This document shows, piece by piece, positions 1 through 11,086 of a DNA stretch of 52,704 bases. The stretch is from Tubiluchus corallicola. Lineage: Eukaryota > Animalia > Priapulida. The position numbers and the translations under genes are program-made. How positions within the stretch are numbered: position 1 is the first letter of the stretch; every line of letters starts with the position of its first letter. The stretch spans positions 1 through 52,704 of the forward strand of contig JAQGDQ010001242.1 of assembly GCA_030141605.1 (NCBI GenBank). The letters are read 5' to 3'. The notes beneath the pieces are model-generated. The model was given only the letters and a program-made list of their open reading frames with translations. It searched no databases and was not told where the DNA came from.

Positions 1-5
1 GGATC

Positions 6-369
6 TGGATAGATAGCCCGTTCAGCGGTGGGTGTAGTAGGCATATTTAGAATTCGCGAGAGGGCCACGGTGTCCCGTAACGGACGTCTTCCCGAACCCA
101 ACTCCCGAATTTTTGGAAATTTTGGTCAAACAGTCTGCAGAAGAAACGTTCTAGCGGCGCCTGGTGGGACTATCGAAAGGAGATATACGGCTTTTTAGAA
201 AGAGGAAGAACAGGGCTACACGATGGTGTGGGCTATATTTTAGGACACGTCCACCAAGAGGAGTGACGACGAGTTAATTAGATGTTCTATTTTTGGCAAT
301 TTTCGCTTGGAAAACTGCTGACGCAAAGCCATTGTTCTGACGTCATCCATTAAATTTAGATCAGCATTC
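6..369 (-). repeat. Left arm of a long inverted repeat (pairs with 1765-2128); probably continues beyond the window start
   Basis: Reverse complement of 6-369 matches 1765-2128 without gaps; one mismatch seen (189 vs 1945). Confidence 0.95.
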
Positions 370-796
370 TCAATGTTCTCTTTGTAAAATAAATGTTGTA
401 TTTGTAAGGATGCAAAATGGCTACATATCTCTCGACAGCAATTAAGCATAAGTGCAGTATGCTGCAGTCTACAGCAACTATTGCAACAAAATTTTTAAGG
501 CTTTCACCTAGAACGTTAACACGTCTAACATATATTACAGTGACAAATTCAATTGGCAGTGATATCAGTCCAAATAGCAGATCTGTTACAGCCAGTGATA
601 CGATCAGTGCATTCGTTCTTGTTTGCAACTGCTCATACCTGTAAACTGCAATTAAAACTAGCAAGTTTCCAACAACTGTAATGACGATCAACCATGCTAA
701 GAATGCTGCAACAGTTAGTATAAACCAATCTTTCTCGTAATTCACTTCGTCAGTTGTGTTTCCTATCAGAGTATCATTTTCCGATGGCATTGTCAT
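356..796 (-). pseudogene. Truncated class A (rhodopsin-like) GPCR: N-terminus through TM3/ICL2 only
   Basis: N-glycosylation sites NDT/NTT; TM1 GNLLVLIAV; TM2 SLAVTDLL..LP; TM3 SILHLCLIAVERYVAILHPYKY. The frame enters the inverted-repeat arm at 369 and stops there (RMLI*). Confidence 0.9.
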
Positions 797-1734
797 GTGC
801 TGTCATTAAACAGTAACACTAACCATTACTTTTTTAATTAAGTTGAGAAATGCAAATATTTGATGCAACACATCAGAAAGTCTGCACATCTGGTCTACAG
901 TATCACGTCTCTGTTTCTTGCCACATAAGTATGCATTTCATATTATACCCATTCCTAGCAGCTGTCTTTGCGAATAGTTGTCATTAGCAATTATTATTTC
1001 TATTATAAAGCTGTTCATAATTGGTAACAGCAATTTACCATAATTGCCAACATGGCGTTGGGAAATAGGAGACAATATGATAGTCACTGTGGATCACTAT
1101 AATCACACAGTCACTATGAACAATGAACTCTTTATCCATTGTTTGTCTTCTAGTTCACATACCAAGTATAGTGGCAATTGTGGAACGAATTCTACAGATC
1201 AAGAGACAAAAAATAATTGTCATTATAATGCATATTAGGTTTATGAAAGTGCCACTTATATTTGAAATAGGAACAGAAAGCTGCTATAGTAAGCGTTGAG
1301 ATATCCTCATTCCATGGCTCATGATCAACTACAGTTTGCACATGAAAAGATTGGATTCTGCTATTGGTTTTCTTTAGTCATCGATAAGCACGTGCAATAC
1401 AGTTTGCTAGATTAACCGTTTAAACCAGAACTAGAGGACAGTTGTTCCTGCAAACTGTTAGCAACGTAAATTATTAGGTTACGCCATTTTGCAAACCTGC
1501 TTCAGCCAGCAGTACTCACTTTAGCACAAGTCATTGGCTGTTCGTCGACAAAGCAAGTGTTATATAGCCAGTTTTTTTGAAAAACTATGAAATCATTTCC
1601 TGTGAGTCTTTTTCTTTAAATCAAGATAATTTAACAGCTCCATGCAACTTTTTCAGGATTATGTAGACACAGTGTACAAAACTTTGGCTGTTACAGAAGC
1701 ACGTTGTTCAAAAGCAACACAGTCTGTCGATTTT

Positions 1735-1782
1735 TTATCTTTGTTGACATTTAAGAATCTCCTTGAATGCTGATCTAAATTT
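1735..1782 (-). pseudogene. Class A GPCR C-terminal fragment (helix 8 plus Cys): KFRSAFKEILKCQQR*
   Basis: Manual minus-strand translation fits the FRxAFxxILxC helix-8 pattern. NPxxY is absent because the repeat arm starts immediately upstream. Confidence 0.7.
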
Positions 1783-2395
1783 AATGGATGACGTCAGAAC
1801 AATGGCTTTGCGTCAGCAGTTTTCCAAGCGAAAATTGCCAAAAATAGAACATCTAATTAACTCGTCGTCACTCCTCTTGGTGGACGTGTCCTAAAATATA
1901 GCCCACACCATCGTGTAGCCCTGTTCTTCCTCTTTCTAAAAAGCTGTATATCTCCTTTCGATAGTCCCACCAGGCGCCGCTAGAACGTTTCTTCTGCAGA
2001 CTGTTTGACCAAAATTTCCAAAAATTCGGGAGTTGGGTTCGGGAAGACGTCCGTTACGGGACACCGTGGCCCTCTCGCGAATTCTAAATATGCCTACTAC
2101 ACCCACCGCTGAACGGGCTATCTATCCATACCCAGTACCACCCTCGGCCCATTCCCGTTCTCTACATCTCAGACGTATAACTTTTGCAAAAAACGGCCGA
2201 AAATGGCCATTTTTGGAGGTTTTTTGTCCCCCGTTCGTCTCGGTGGGCCCGATTCGAAAAATAAACCCCCAATGGCACGACACTAGATCGAGACTTTTCG
2301 TTTGATATATAGATCGCCGCAAATGGTCCCGTCGTCCAAGCTGTAGCCCCGAATCTCATATATATAATATACCAGAGAAATTAATATATACGACT
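1765..2395 (+). mobile_element. ~610-630 bp repeat unit; right arm of the inverted repeat, probable long TIR or non-autonomous element
   Basis: Inverted copy at 6-369 and a diverged direct copy at ~2538-3141. Both direct copies start at TAATGGATGA and end at AATTAATATATACGA. Confidence 0.75.
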
Positions 2396-2466
2396 AACAA
2401 AGGCCCGCAGAACATTTTGCGTATAAATACACTTATAATTAAAAATACGCGAACATCCTACATAGT
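2393..2466 (-). repeat. ~74-bp dispersed repeat, inverted copy of 13754-13828 (possible Helitron-type end)
   Basis: ACTAACAAAGGCCCGCAG...TATAAATACACTTATAAT...CGCGAACAT matches the reverse complement of 13754-13828. Confidence 0.6.
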
Positions 2467-2537
2467 CCTCATTTATAACTCAAAGCCAGCAATAGCTTTT
2501 ACTGAACTAAAGTGATAAGTTTACAATAGGCAGAGTA

Positions 2538-3141
2538 TAATGGATGAACAGAACAATGGCATTGCGCCAGCAGTCTTCCAAGCAAAACATGCCGGAAATG
2601 GGACGTTCAATCAACCCGTCACAGTTCCTCAGCGGGGAGACGTCCTAAAATACAGCCCACACCATCGCGTAGCCCTCATCTTACTAAAGAGCCGTGTATC
2701 TTCTTCCGAGAGTCCCACCAGGCGCTGCTAGAACGTTTCTTCTGCAGACTGTTTGACCAAAATTTCCAAAAAATCGGGAGTTGGGTTCGGGAAAACGTCC
2801 GTTACGGGACGCCGTGACCCTCTCGCAAATTCTAAATATGCCTATGACACCCACCGTTGAACAGGCTATCTATCCATGGCCGGCACCGCCCCCGGCCCAT
2901 TCCAGTTCTTCAGAAATAAGAGGTATAAGTTTTGCAAAAAACGACCAAAAACGACCATTTTTGGAGGTTTTTCGCCCCCGTTCGTCCCGGTGGGCCCGAT
3001 TCGAAAAATAAACCATCAATGAGACGACACTAGATCGAGACCTTTCGTTTGATGTATAGATCGCCGCAAATGGTGCCGTCGTCGAAGCTGTGGCCTCGAA
3101 TCTTATATATATACACACCAGCAGAATTAATATATACGATT
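2538..3141 (+). mobile_element. Second, diverged direct copy of the 1782-2395 unit
   Basis: Colinear similarity, e.g. CTAGAACGTTTCTTCTGCAGACTGTTTGACCAAAATTTCC is identical in both copies. Confidence 0.85.
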
Positions 3142-3263
3142 TTGGAATTCACGAATAATGTGCAAGTCTGTATAATTGTATGTAAATTGTTTGTGCTTAA
3201 AAAAAACTTACATTTTTGTCACATTACAATTAAGTTTGTGAAATGAAATTTCATTACTTGCAG

Positions 3264-3403
3264 GACATCAAGACTCGGTTACATGTGTCACATTCAGTCA
3301 CGATTGCTCATTAGTTGCCACCGGAGATATGTCCGGTGTCATAAAAGTAAGAAAAGTTGAAGATGGTGAAGAAGTTTGGACTTCTGAAACGTCTGATCTA
3401 GAG
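3264..3403 (+). CDS. AAMP: AAMP WD40 protein, first exon visible in the window ([29 protein letters not shown]...SDLE)
   Basis: CAG acceptor and GT donor; translation resembles human [29 protein letters not shown]...GDLE as recalled. Confidence 0.92.
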
Positions 3404-3602
3404 GTAGAGGTGGCATCTTGTTTAGATGTTTGTTTAAAATTATTTGTTTTGTGCCCTGTCTATTCAGACCCCCATTTGGTTTTTTTATAATCGTTCTTAA
3501 TTTGCCAAGTTTGTAGATTGAAAAATGTATAATTAAAGTTTCTAAACTTGCCAGATGCAAGTGATCAGTGATTAATTTTGTGGGACTCATTATCAGTAAG
3601 GG

Positions 3603-3961
3603 GCTCTGTAACATGCGTATAAAAAACTTCTTACAACTGACCTCACTGTGAGACGGGTCTTACAGTCGCTCTGTAACATACGCATAAAAAATTCTTACAA
3701 CTGACCTCACTGTGAAACAGGTCTTACAGTCGCTTTGTAACATACACATAAAAAACTTCTTACAACTGACCTCACTGTGAGACGGGACTTACAGTCGCTC
3801 AGTAACATACGTATAAAAACTTCTTACAACTGACCTAAGTGTGAAACGGGCCTTACAGTCGCTTTGTAACATGCATATAAAAAACTTCTTACAACTGACC
3901 TCACTGTGAAACGGGCCTTACAGTCGCTTTGTAACATACGTATAAAAAACTTCTTACAATT
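3603..3961. repeat. Minisatellite, ~64-bp unit, ~5.5 copies
   Basis: Recurrent TGTAACATAC...CTTCTTACAACTGACCTCACTGTGA...CTTACAGTCGCT. Confidence 0.92.
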
Positions 3962-4319
3962 GAAGTTTAAATAGGTTTGGGTTTAAACAAGCTAACACAG
4001 TGATATAGTTTATAAACACTCCGTATTTAAAAAAATAAAAGTATTGTTTTATTAGATTGGTAACATTCAGGAAATGACTATTTTCCCAGTTTTGATAAAA
4101 TTGAGGACTTGTTCCTTTAAACAACAAGTTCTAATAATCCAGAATCTAATATTGACATTTCATTGTTATTGTTATTGTGCTCCTGTTGTTATATCATTGA
4201 ACATAAATGTTATTGAGTACCATGCATTGTCTGGAATTTAGAACTGATCGTATTTTTTGTAGACTAAACCAAACACAGTATTACTTAAAAAACGTTTTCT
4301 TGTTTATTCGTACATAAAG

Positions 4320-4464
4320 TGGTTACAGTGGCACCATAGTGCTCCGGTTTTGCTTGCCGGAACAGCCGATGGATTACTGTGGATGTGGCAGATTCCTGGC
4401 GGAGAACTGAAAACGTGTCAGGGACCAAATTGTCAATCTACATGCGGCCAAGTGTTTCCAGATG
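4320..4464 (+). CDS. AAMP: AAMP exon ([28 protein letters not shown]...[14 protein letters not shown])
   Basis: AG acceptor, GTAAGA donor, phases 0/1 consistent with neighbours; AAMP-like [10 protein letters not shown] and GPNC motifs. Confidence 0.95.
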
Positions 4465-4724
4465 GTAAGAAAATTTTATCTGTTTTGTAGGTAAGGAAGT
4501 TAGAATCTGTAAATATTTACAGTGCAAAGTTTCAGCCATTTTCTTAAGTGAAGTGAATTAAAGCTTGGAAACCACATACAGTTTAACATGATGCGCTTCA
4601 TTTCAAAGACTCTGTCCGTTTTGCATTTTCTTTCTTTCCTGCGTTTCACATTTTGTATCAAAAGTCACCAAGCCTGCTAGTCGGCGACTTTGACCTTTGA
4701 TTTTGTCAAGATGAACTGATGAAA

Positions 4725-6783
4725 TTTTTGTACAGTGGACATTGTGCAAGTTGTGGTCTAGCATTAAGCAGCTGGTCCTAGTAATCAGCAGGTATCACTG
4801 AACTATTTGAGTTGTATGCTCATGAGTTTGCATTCTCTGCTGTGGACATCCTGCAAGTTGTGGTCTAGCATTTAGCAGCTGGTCCTACTAATCAGCAGGT
4901 AACACTGAACTATTTGAGTTGTATGTTCATGACCTTGCATTCTCTGCAGTGGACATCCTGCAAGTTGTGGTCTAACATTTAGCAGCTGGTTCTACTAATC
5001 AGCAGGTAACACTGAACTATTTGAGTTGTATGCTCATGAGTTTGCATTTTCTGCAGTGGACATCCTGCAAGTTGTGGTCTAGCATTAAGCAGCTGGTCCT
5101 ACTAATCAGCAGGTAACACTGAACTATTTGAGTTGTATGTTCATGACCTTGCATTCTCTGCTGTGGACATCCTGCAAGTTGTGGTCTAGCATTAAGCAGC
5201 TGGTCCTACTAATCAGCAGGTATCACTGAACTATTTGAGTTGTATGCTCATGAGTTTGCATTTTCTGCTATGGACATCCTGCAAGTTGTGGTCTAGCATT
5301 TAGCAGCTGGTCCTACTAATCAGCAGGTAACACTGAACTATTTGAGTTGTATGTTCATGACCTTGCATTTTCTGCTATGGACATCCTGCAAGTTGTGGTC
5401 TAGCATTTAGCAGCTGGTCCTACTAATCAGCAGGTAACACTGAACTATTTGAGTTGTATGCTCATGAGTTTGCATTCTCTGCAGTGGACATCCTGCAAGT
5501 TGTGGTCTAGCATTTAGCAGCTGGTCCTACTAATCAGCAGGTAACACTGAACTATTTGAGTTGTATGCTCATGAGTTTGCATTCTCTACTGTGGGCATCC
5601 TGCAAGTTGTGGTCTAGCATTAAGCAGCTGCTCCTACTAATCAGCAGGTAACACTGAACTATTTGAGTTGTATACTCATGAGTTTGCATTCTCTGCAGTG
5701 GACATCCTGCAAGTTGTGGTCTAGCATTAAGCAGCTGGTCTTACTAATCAGCAGGTAACACTGAACTATTTGAGTTGTATGCTCATGACCTTGCATTCTC
5801 TGCTGTGGGCAGTTTGCAAGGTGTGGTCTAGCATTAAGCAGCTGGTCTTACTAATCAGCAGGTAACACTGAACTATTTGAGTTGTATGCTCATGAGTTTG
5901 CATTCTCTACTGTGGGCATCCTGCAAGTTGTGGTCTAGCATTAAGCAGCTGCTCCTACTAATCAGCAGGTAACACTGAACTATTTGAGTTGTATACTCAT
6001 GACCTTGCATTCTCTGCTGTGGACATCCTGCAAGTTGTGGTCTAGCATTAAGCAGCTGCTCCTACTAATCAGCAGGTAACACTGAACTATTTGAGTTGTA
6101 TGCTCATGAATTTGCATTTTCTGCTATGGACATCCTGCAAGTTGTGGTCTAGCATTTAGCAGCTGGTCCTACTAATCAGCAGGTAACACTGAACTATTTG
6201 AGTTGTATGCTCATGAGTTTGCATTCTCTACTGTGGGCATCCTGCAAGTTGTGGTCTAGCATTAAGCAGCTGCTCCTACTAATCAGCAGGTAACACTGAA
6301 CTATTTGAGTTGTATGCTCATGACCTTGCATTCTCTGCTGTGGACATCCTGCAAGTTGTGGTCTAGCATTTAGCAGCTGATCCTACTAATCAGCAGGTAA
6401 CACTGAACTATTTGAGTTGTATGCTCATGACCTATCATTCTCTGCTGTGGACATCCTGCAAGTTGTGGTCTAGCATTAAGCAGCTGATCCTACTAATCAG
6501 CAGGTAACACTGAACTATTTGAGTTGTATGCTCATGACCTTGCATTCTCTGCTGTGGACATCCTGCAAGTTGTGGTCTAGCATTAAGCAGCTGATCCTAC
6601 TAATCAGCAGGTAACACTGAACTATTTGAGTTGTATACTCATGACCTTGCATTCTCTGCTGTGGACATCCTGCAAGTTGTGGTCTAGCATTTAGCAGCTG
6701 ATCCTACTAATCAGCAGGTAACACTGAACTATTTGAGTTGTATGCTCATGAGTTTGCATTCTCTGCTGTGGACAGTTTGCAAG
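4725..6783. repeat. Minisatellite, 107-bp unit, ~19 copies, in an AAMP intron
   Basis: AACTATTTGAG recurs at 4801, 4908 and onward; units are highly homogeneous. Confidence 0.97.
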
Positions 6784-6887
6784 ATAAAACTACCTACAAT
6801 TTCCCTCTGGAACCAAATTCTGTGGTCAGACTGCTTTTTTGTAGATTATGCTGTTCATTATGATTAAGTTTTTTTACATTAACAATT

Positions 6888-7767
6888 GGCAGGAGGTTAA
6901 AATGTAGACAATTAAGCCCCTTTGAATATATTTGTTGCGCATTTTTAAAATACACCTTCTGACAGGAGGTTAAAATGTAAACAGTTAGGCCCCTTTGCAT
7001 ATATTTGTTGCGCATTTTTAAAATACACCTTCTGACAGGAGGTTAAAATGTAAACAATTAGGGCCCTTTGCATATATTTGTTGCGTATTTTTAAAATACA
7101 TCTTCTGACAGGAGGTTAAAATGTAAACAATTAGGGCCCTTTGAATATATTTGTTGCACATTTTTAAAATACACCTTCTGACAGGAGGTTAAAATGTAAA
7201 CAGTTAGGCCCCTTTGCATATATTTGTTGCGCATTTTTAAAATACACCTTCTGACAGGAGGTTAAAATGTAAACAATTAGGGCCCTTTGAATATATTTGT
7301 TGCACATTTTTAAAATACACCTTCTGACAGGAGGTTAAAATGTAAACAATTAGGCCCCTTTGCATATATTTGTTGCGTATTTTTAAAATACACCTTCTGA
7401 CAGGAGGTTAAAATGTAAACAGTTAGGCCCCTTTGCATATATTTGTTGCGCATTTTTAAAATACACCTTCTGACAGGAGGTTAAAATGTAAACAATTAGG
7501 GCCCTTTGCATATATTTGTTGCGTATTTTTAAAATACACCTTCTGACAGGAGGTTAAAATGTAAACAGTTAGGCCCCTTTGCATATATTTGTTGCGCATT
7601 TTTAAAATACACCTTCTGACAGGAGGTTAAAATGTAAACAATTAGGGCCCTTTGAATATATTTGTTGCGTATTTTTAAAATACACCTTCTGACAGGAGGT
7701 TAAAATGTAAACAATTAGGGCCCTTTGAATATATTTGTTGCGCATTTTTAAAATATGCCTTCTGACA
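6888..7767. repeat. Minisatellite, 73-bp unit, ~12 copies
   Basis: GACAGGAGGTTAAAATG recurs at 6961, 7034 and onward. Confidence 0.97.
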
Positions 7768-8045
7768 TGTGGAAATGACAAATTGACTTTGCATCATTTG
7801 TTACTATCAATGGCTGTAAAAACGGTTTTGGTGGATTTGCATTGTAACTATGTATCATTAGTGGGATGTTAGCAAAAAGTAGCAAAAATGCACAAATTAG
7901 ATCAAATATCAAATAGTCAATAGCCAGAACTTGCACAAAGTTTTCATTGCCTTTTTACTCAACATTTTAACTTATCTAGAATAGTAGAGTGTTTTTAAAA
8001 ATTCCTACTGAAACTGTCTCTAACCATCTCTTCTACCATGTATAG

Positions 8046-8129
8046 GTAAGCGTGCTTGCATTGGTTACGATGATGGTACAGTAAAAGTTTGGGATCTGAA
8101 GACTTCTGCCGCTACTGTTACCTTGACAG
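8046..8129 (+). CDS. AAMP: AAMP 84-bp exon (GKRACIGYDDGTVKVWDLKTSAATVTLT), first of five tandem copies
   Basis: TAG acceptor at 8043-8045; phase 1/1; resembles AAMP GKRAVVGYEDGTIRIWDLK. Which copy or copies are spliced in cannot be read from DNA. Confidence 0.88.
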
Positions 8130-8465
8130 GTAAGCGTGCTTGCATTGGTTACGATGATGGTACGGTAAAAGTTTGGGATCTGAAGACTTCTGCCGCTACT
8201 GTTACCTTGACAGGTAAGCGTGCTTGCATTGGTTACGATGATGGTACGGTAAAAGTTTGGGATCTGAAGACTTCTGCCGCTATTGTTACCTTGACAGGTA
8301 AGCGTGCTTGCATTGGTTACGATGATGGTACGGTAAAAGTTTGGGATCTGAAGACTTCTGCCGCTACTGTTACCTTGACAGGTAAGCGTGCTTGCATTGG
8401 TTACGATGATGGTACGGTAAAAGTTTGGGATCTGAAGACTTCTGCCACTATTGTTACCTTGACAG
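8046..8465 (+). repeat. Five tandem copies of the 84-bp exon (starts 8046, 8130, 8214, 8298, 8382)
   Basis: Each unit starts GTAAGCG and ends CCTTGACAG; a GTATTG donor follows at 8466. Confidence 0.97.
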
Positions 8466-8963
8466 GTATTGGCTTTCCGTTCAGTTCAATCCTATTCAGC
8501 TGATTATTTCTGAAGTGATGTCATTATACGATACGTAAGACGAATTGATAGTCAGTGATTTTATGTACGCAGGTGTGAAATCTTATCTTAATTTTGCATA
8601 ATTTTTAGGTTTCAGGCAGGGATGTTATCGAAGCGAAATTTTTTGCCTAGCTAATATATCAAGTTTGTATCAAATACAAACAAAGACAAAGTATTGTACT
8701 TATCCTCGGTTTAGATAATAGTTGTTTTTGCAAAAATGGTTTCGGTTCGATTTATTTTCAGTACAGGTAACCTATGTTTCATGAATTTCAATTTCGGTTT
8801 CAATTTGTAATTTCAGTTCGGATAACTTCCCTGATTTCCTGTAAATTCTGCGTGAACAATATGAAAGAGAATTGTTTACATAAATGACATTAAATTGACT
8901 TTTTATTGTGTTTCCGTATTTTTTTTTACAAATTTTTCATTTTGTCATCTTTCAAAATCTCAG

Positions 8964-9082
8964 GTAATCAGGAGGGTCATCAGGGTTCCGTCTCTTGCTT
9001 AGATGTCCATCCCGACAACACGCTGGTGGTCACCGGTTCAACAGATTCGACCTCAAAAATTTTTAACAGTCGAACGGGAAAG
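8964..9082 (+). CDS. AAMP: AAMP exon (GNQEGHQGSVSCLDVHPDNTLVVTGSTDSTSKIFNSRTGK)
   Basis: CAG acceptor, GTAAGT donor, WD40 GH...TGS.D motif, consistent phase. Confidence 0.95.
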
Positions 9083-9294
9083 GTAAGTATTTGTTAGGTA
9101 GATGGCAAATTATGCAATTTGGTAACAAATTCACGAGCCGTTCTAGCTTAAATTTAAAAACCTGATTGGGCCCAGTTTGTTCTTGAGTCTAAGTCAATGC
9201 ACCTGTTGATTATTGATCTACAAAATGCTTCAAAAGTTTCAAACAATAGATTTGTTTCATGAATAGACTTATATATATATATATATATATAGTA

Positions 9295-9800
9295 ATACTT
9301 TATTTGATATTAAAATGGTTCACTCATTATAATAAAATTGAGTAAGCCTCAGCGTAATGTTAGAATAACAACACTTTTCAAGACATGCGTCCAGTGCAGA
9401 CTAAAAAAACTAAAGTGCAAAACTAAGGCCTAATTATATACAATAAATGAACATATTTACAAACACCATATTAAAATATTTTTACAAAACAATATTACAA
9501 AAGTACATTAAATTTTACGTGACATATTTTACGCTATATATACATTTCACATGACACAATTAACAGAAACATGCTTTACATTACATAAATTTCACTCATT
9601 ACATTTACACTATTTATACATTTGACGTTACAAAACTAACATAACACGTATTACACTACATAATTTTTTTAAAAAATTTCATTTTTAATCGTTTTATGGA
9701 GTCAGGGGCGTGTAAGTGATAGCGATCCGGCAGATCCTTTTGTCTTGACAGTATAATTATTATCAAGTTAATGTTCTTTTTTGAAGAAAATGCAGAATTA
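9295..9800 (-). mobile_element. Degraded 3' end of a CR1/L2-group LINE
   Basis: Minus-strand AATAAA near 9300 and a decayed DLP...APDSIKRLKMK translation reminiscent of an ORF2 C-terminus. Confidence 0.35.
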
Positions 9801-9926
9801 TTGTGATGATCACGTATGAAATTTATTCATTATTGTTTTTCAAAATCTTTGCTGTGTTTTAGCTCTTTTATTTCTATGTTATATATGGCTGAATTTATTA
9901 TAAAATTCTGAGAAATATATTTTTAG

Positions 9927-10088
9927 GTTATAGGTACGCTACCTCAGTCTGATTCAGCAGAAAATACGTCTGTAGAATCCGTAGCGTTTAGTTCGTCGTG
10001 TCCTTTACTAGCCACGGGAGGGCTGAGTGGTACTCTAGACATTTGGGATGTAGCTACAAAAATTCGACGACACAGTTGCAAACAAGAG
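9927..10088 (+). CDS. AAMP: AAMP exon (VIGTLPQSDSAENTSVESVAFSSSCPLLATGGLSGTLDIWDVATKIRRHSCKQE)
   Basis: TAG acceptor, GT donor, 162 nt, phase 0/0; SVES and IWD motifs. Confidence 0.95.
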
Positions 10089-10156
10089 GTAAAATATTGT
10101 TTCACCATTTAGTAACGTGTGTGCTACGAATGCTCTGATTCGGAGATTTGGGAAAC

Positions 10157-10492
<336 letters not shown>

Positions 10493-10536
10493 AAACGAGT
10501 AATTCGTTTTTTATTACAGTAATGTTAATTTCGCAG

Positions 10537-10691
10537 GCTGGTGTAGTAAAGTTAAAATGGCACGGTACATCACCTCTAGTCTATACAGCTCATTTAGATG
10601 GAACTGTTCACATGTGGGATACAAGAAATGGCAATCTAGAGGCATCGTGGTCGGGTCATCGGGCTGAGATTCTAGATTTTGATCTAAGCAG
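10537..10691 (+). CDS. AAMP: AAMP exon (AGVVKLKWHGTSPLVYTAHLDGTVHMWDTRNG...GHRAEILDFDLS)
   Basis: CAG acceptor, GTGAGT donor; AAMP-like GH.AEILDF motif. Confidence 0.95.
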
Positions 10692-10724
10692 GTGAGTATC
10701 AGTTTTTGGTAGCTGAACAAACAA

Positions 10725-10973
10725 TGTTTAGCATTGTTTAAAACAATTGCTATAAGACCTTATGGTGTTTAGCATTGTTTAAAACAATTGTTATAAGACC
10801 TTATGGTATTTAGCATTGTTTAAAACAATTGTTATAAGACTTTATGGTGTTTAGCATTGTTTAAAACAATTGTTATAAGACTTTATGGTGTTTAGCATTG
10901 TTTAAAACAATTGTTATAAGACTTTATGGTGTTTAGCATTGTTTAAAACAATTGTTATAAGACCTTATGGTGT
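10725..10973. repeat. Minisatellite, 41-bp unit, 6 copies, filling most of the last AAMP intron
   Basis: TGTTTAGCATTGTTTAAAACAATTG recurs at 10725, 10766 and onward. Confidence 0.96.
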
Positions 10974-11010
10974 AAAATAGATGATGTTACGTTTGCTTTT
11001 CGTTTTACAG

Positions 11011-11086
11011 TGACGGCAAAACACTAGTGACTGCATCGGCTGATTTTACATCTAAAGTCTTTCCTACTGGGCCGGCCGGCAGTTAA
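11011..11086 (+). CDS. AAMP: AAMP last coding exon (SDGKTLVTASADFTSKVFPTGPAGS*)
   Basis: Pyrimidine tract plus CAG, phase 2, TAA stop; final WD40 strands. Confidence 0.93.

Noticed and set aside
356-796. Intact nested GPCR gene with further exons
   Set aside because: The frame runs directly into the repeat arm, and no TM4-TM7 sequence was found in the window.
2364-2373. ATAATATACC, identical to the adenovirus core origin motif
   Set aside because: It points outward rather than inward from the presumed terminus and is not conserved in the second copy; likely chance in AT-rich DNA.
2033-3118. Similar ORFs at 2033 and 2781 as paralogous genes
   Set aside because: They reflect the duplicated repeat, use non-ATG starts and have non-conserved frames.
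4725-7767. CRISPR-like regular arrays, here and at 36385
   Set aside because: No unique spacers, no cas genes, and a eukaryotic intron context.
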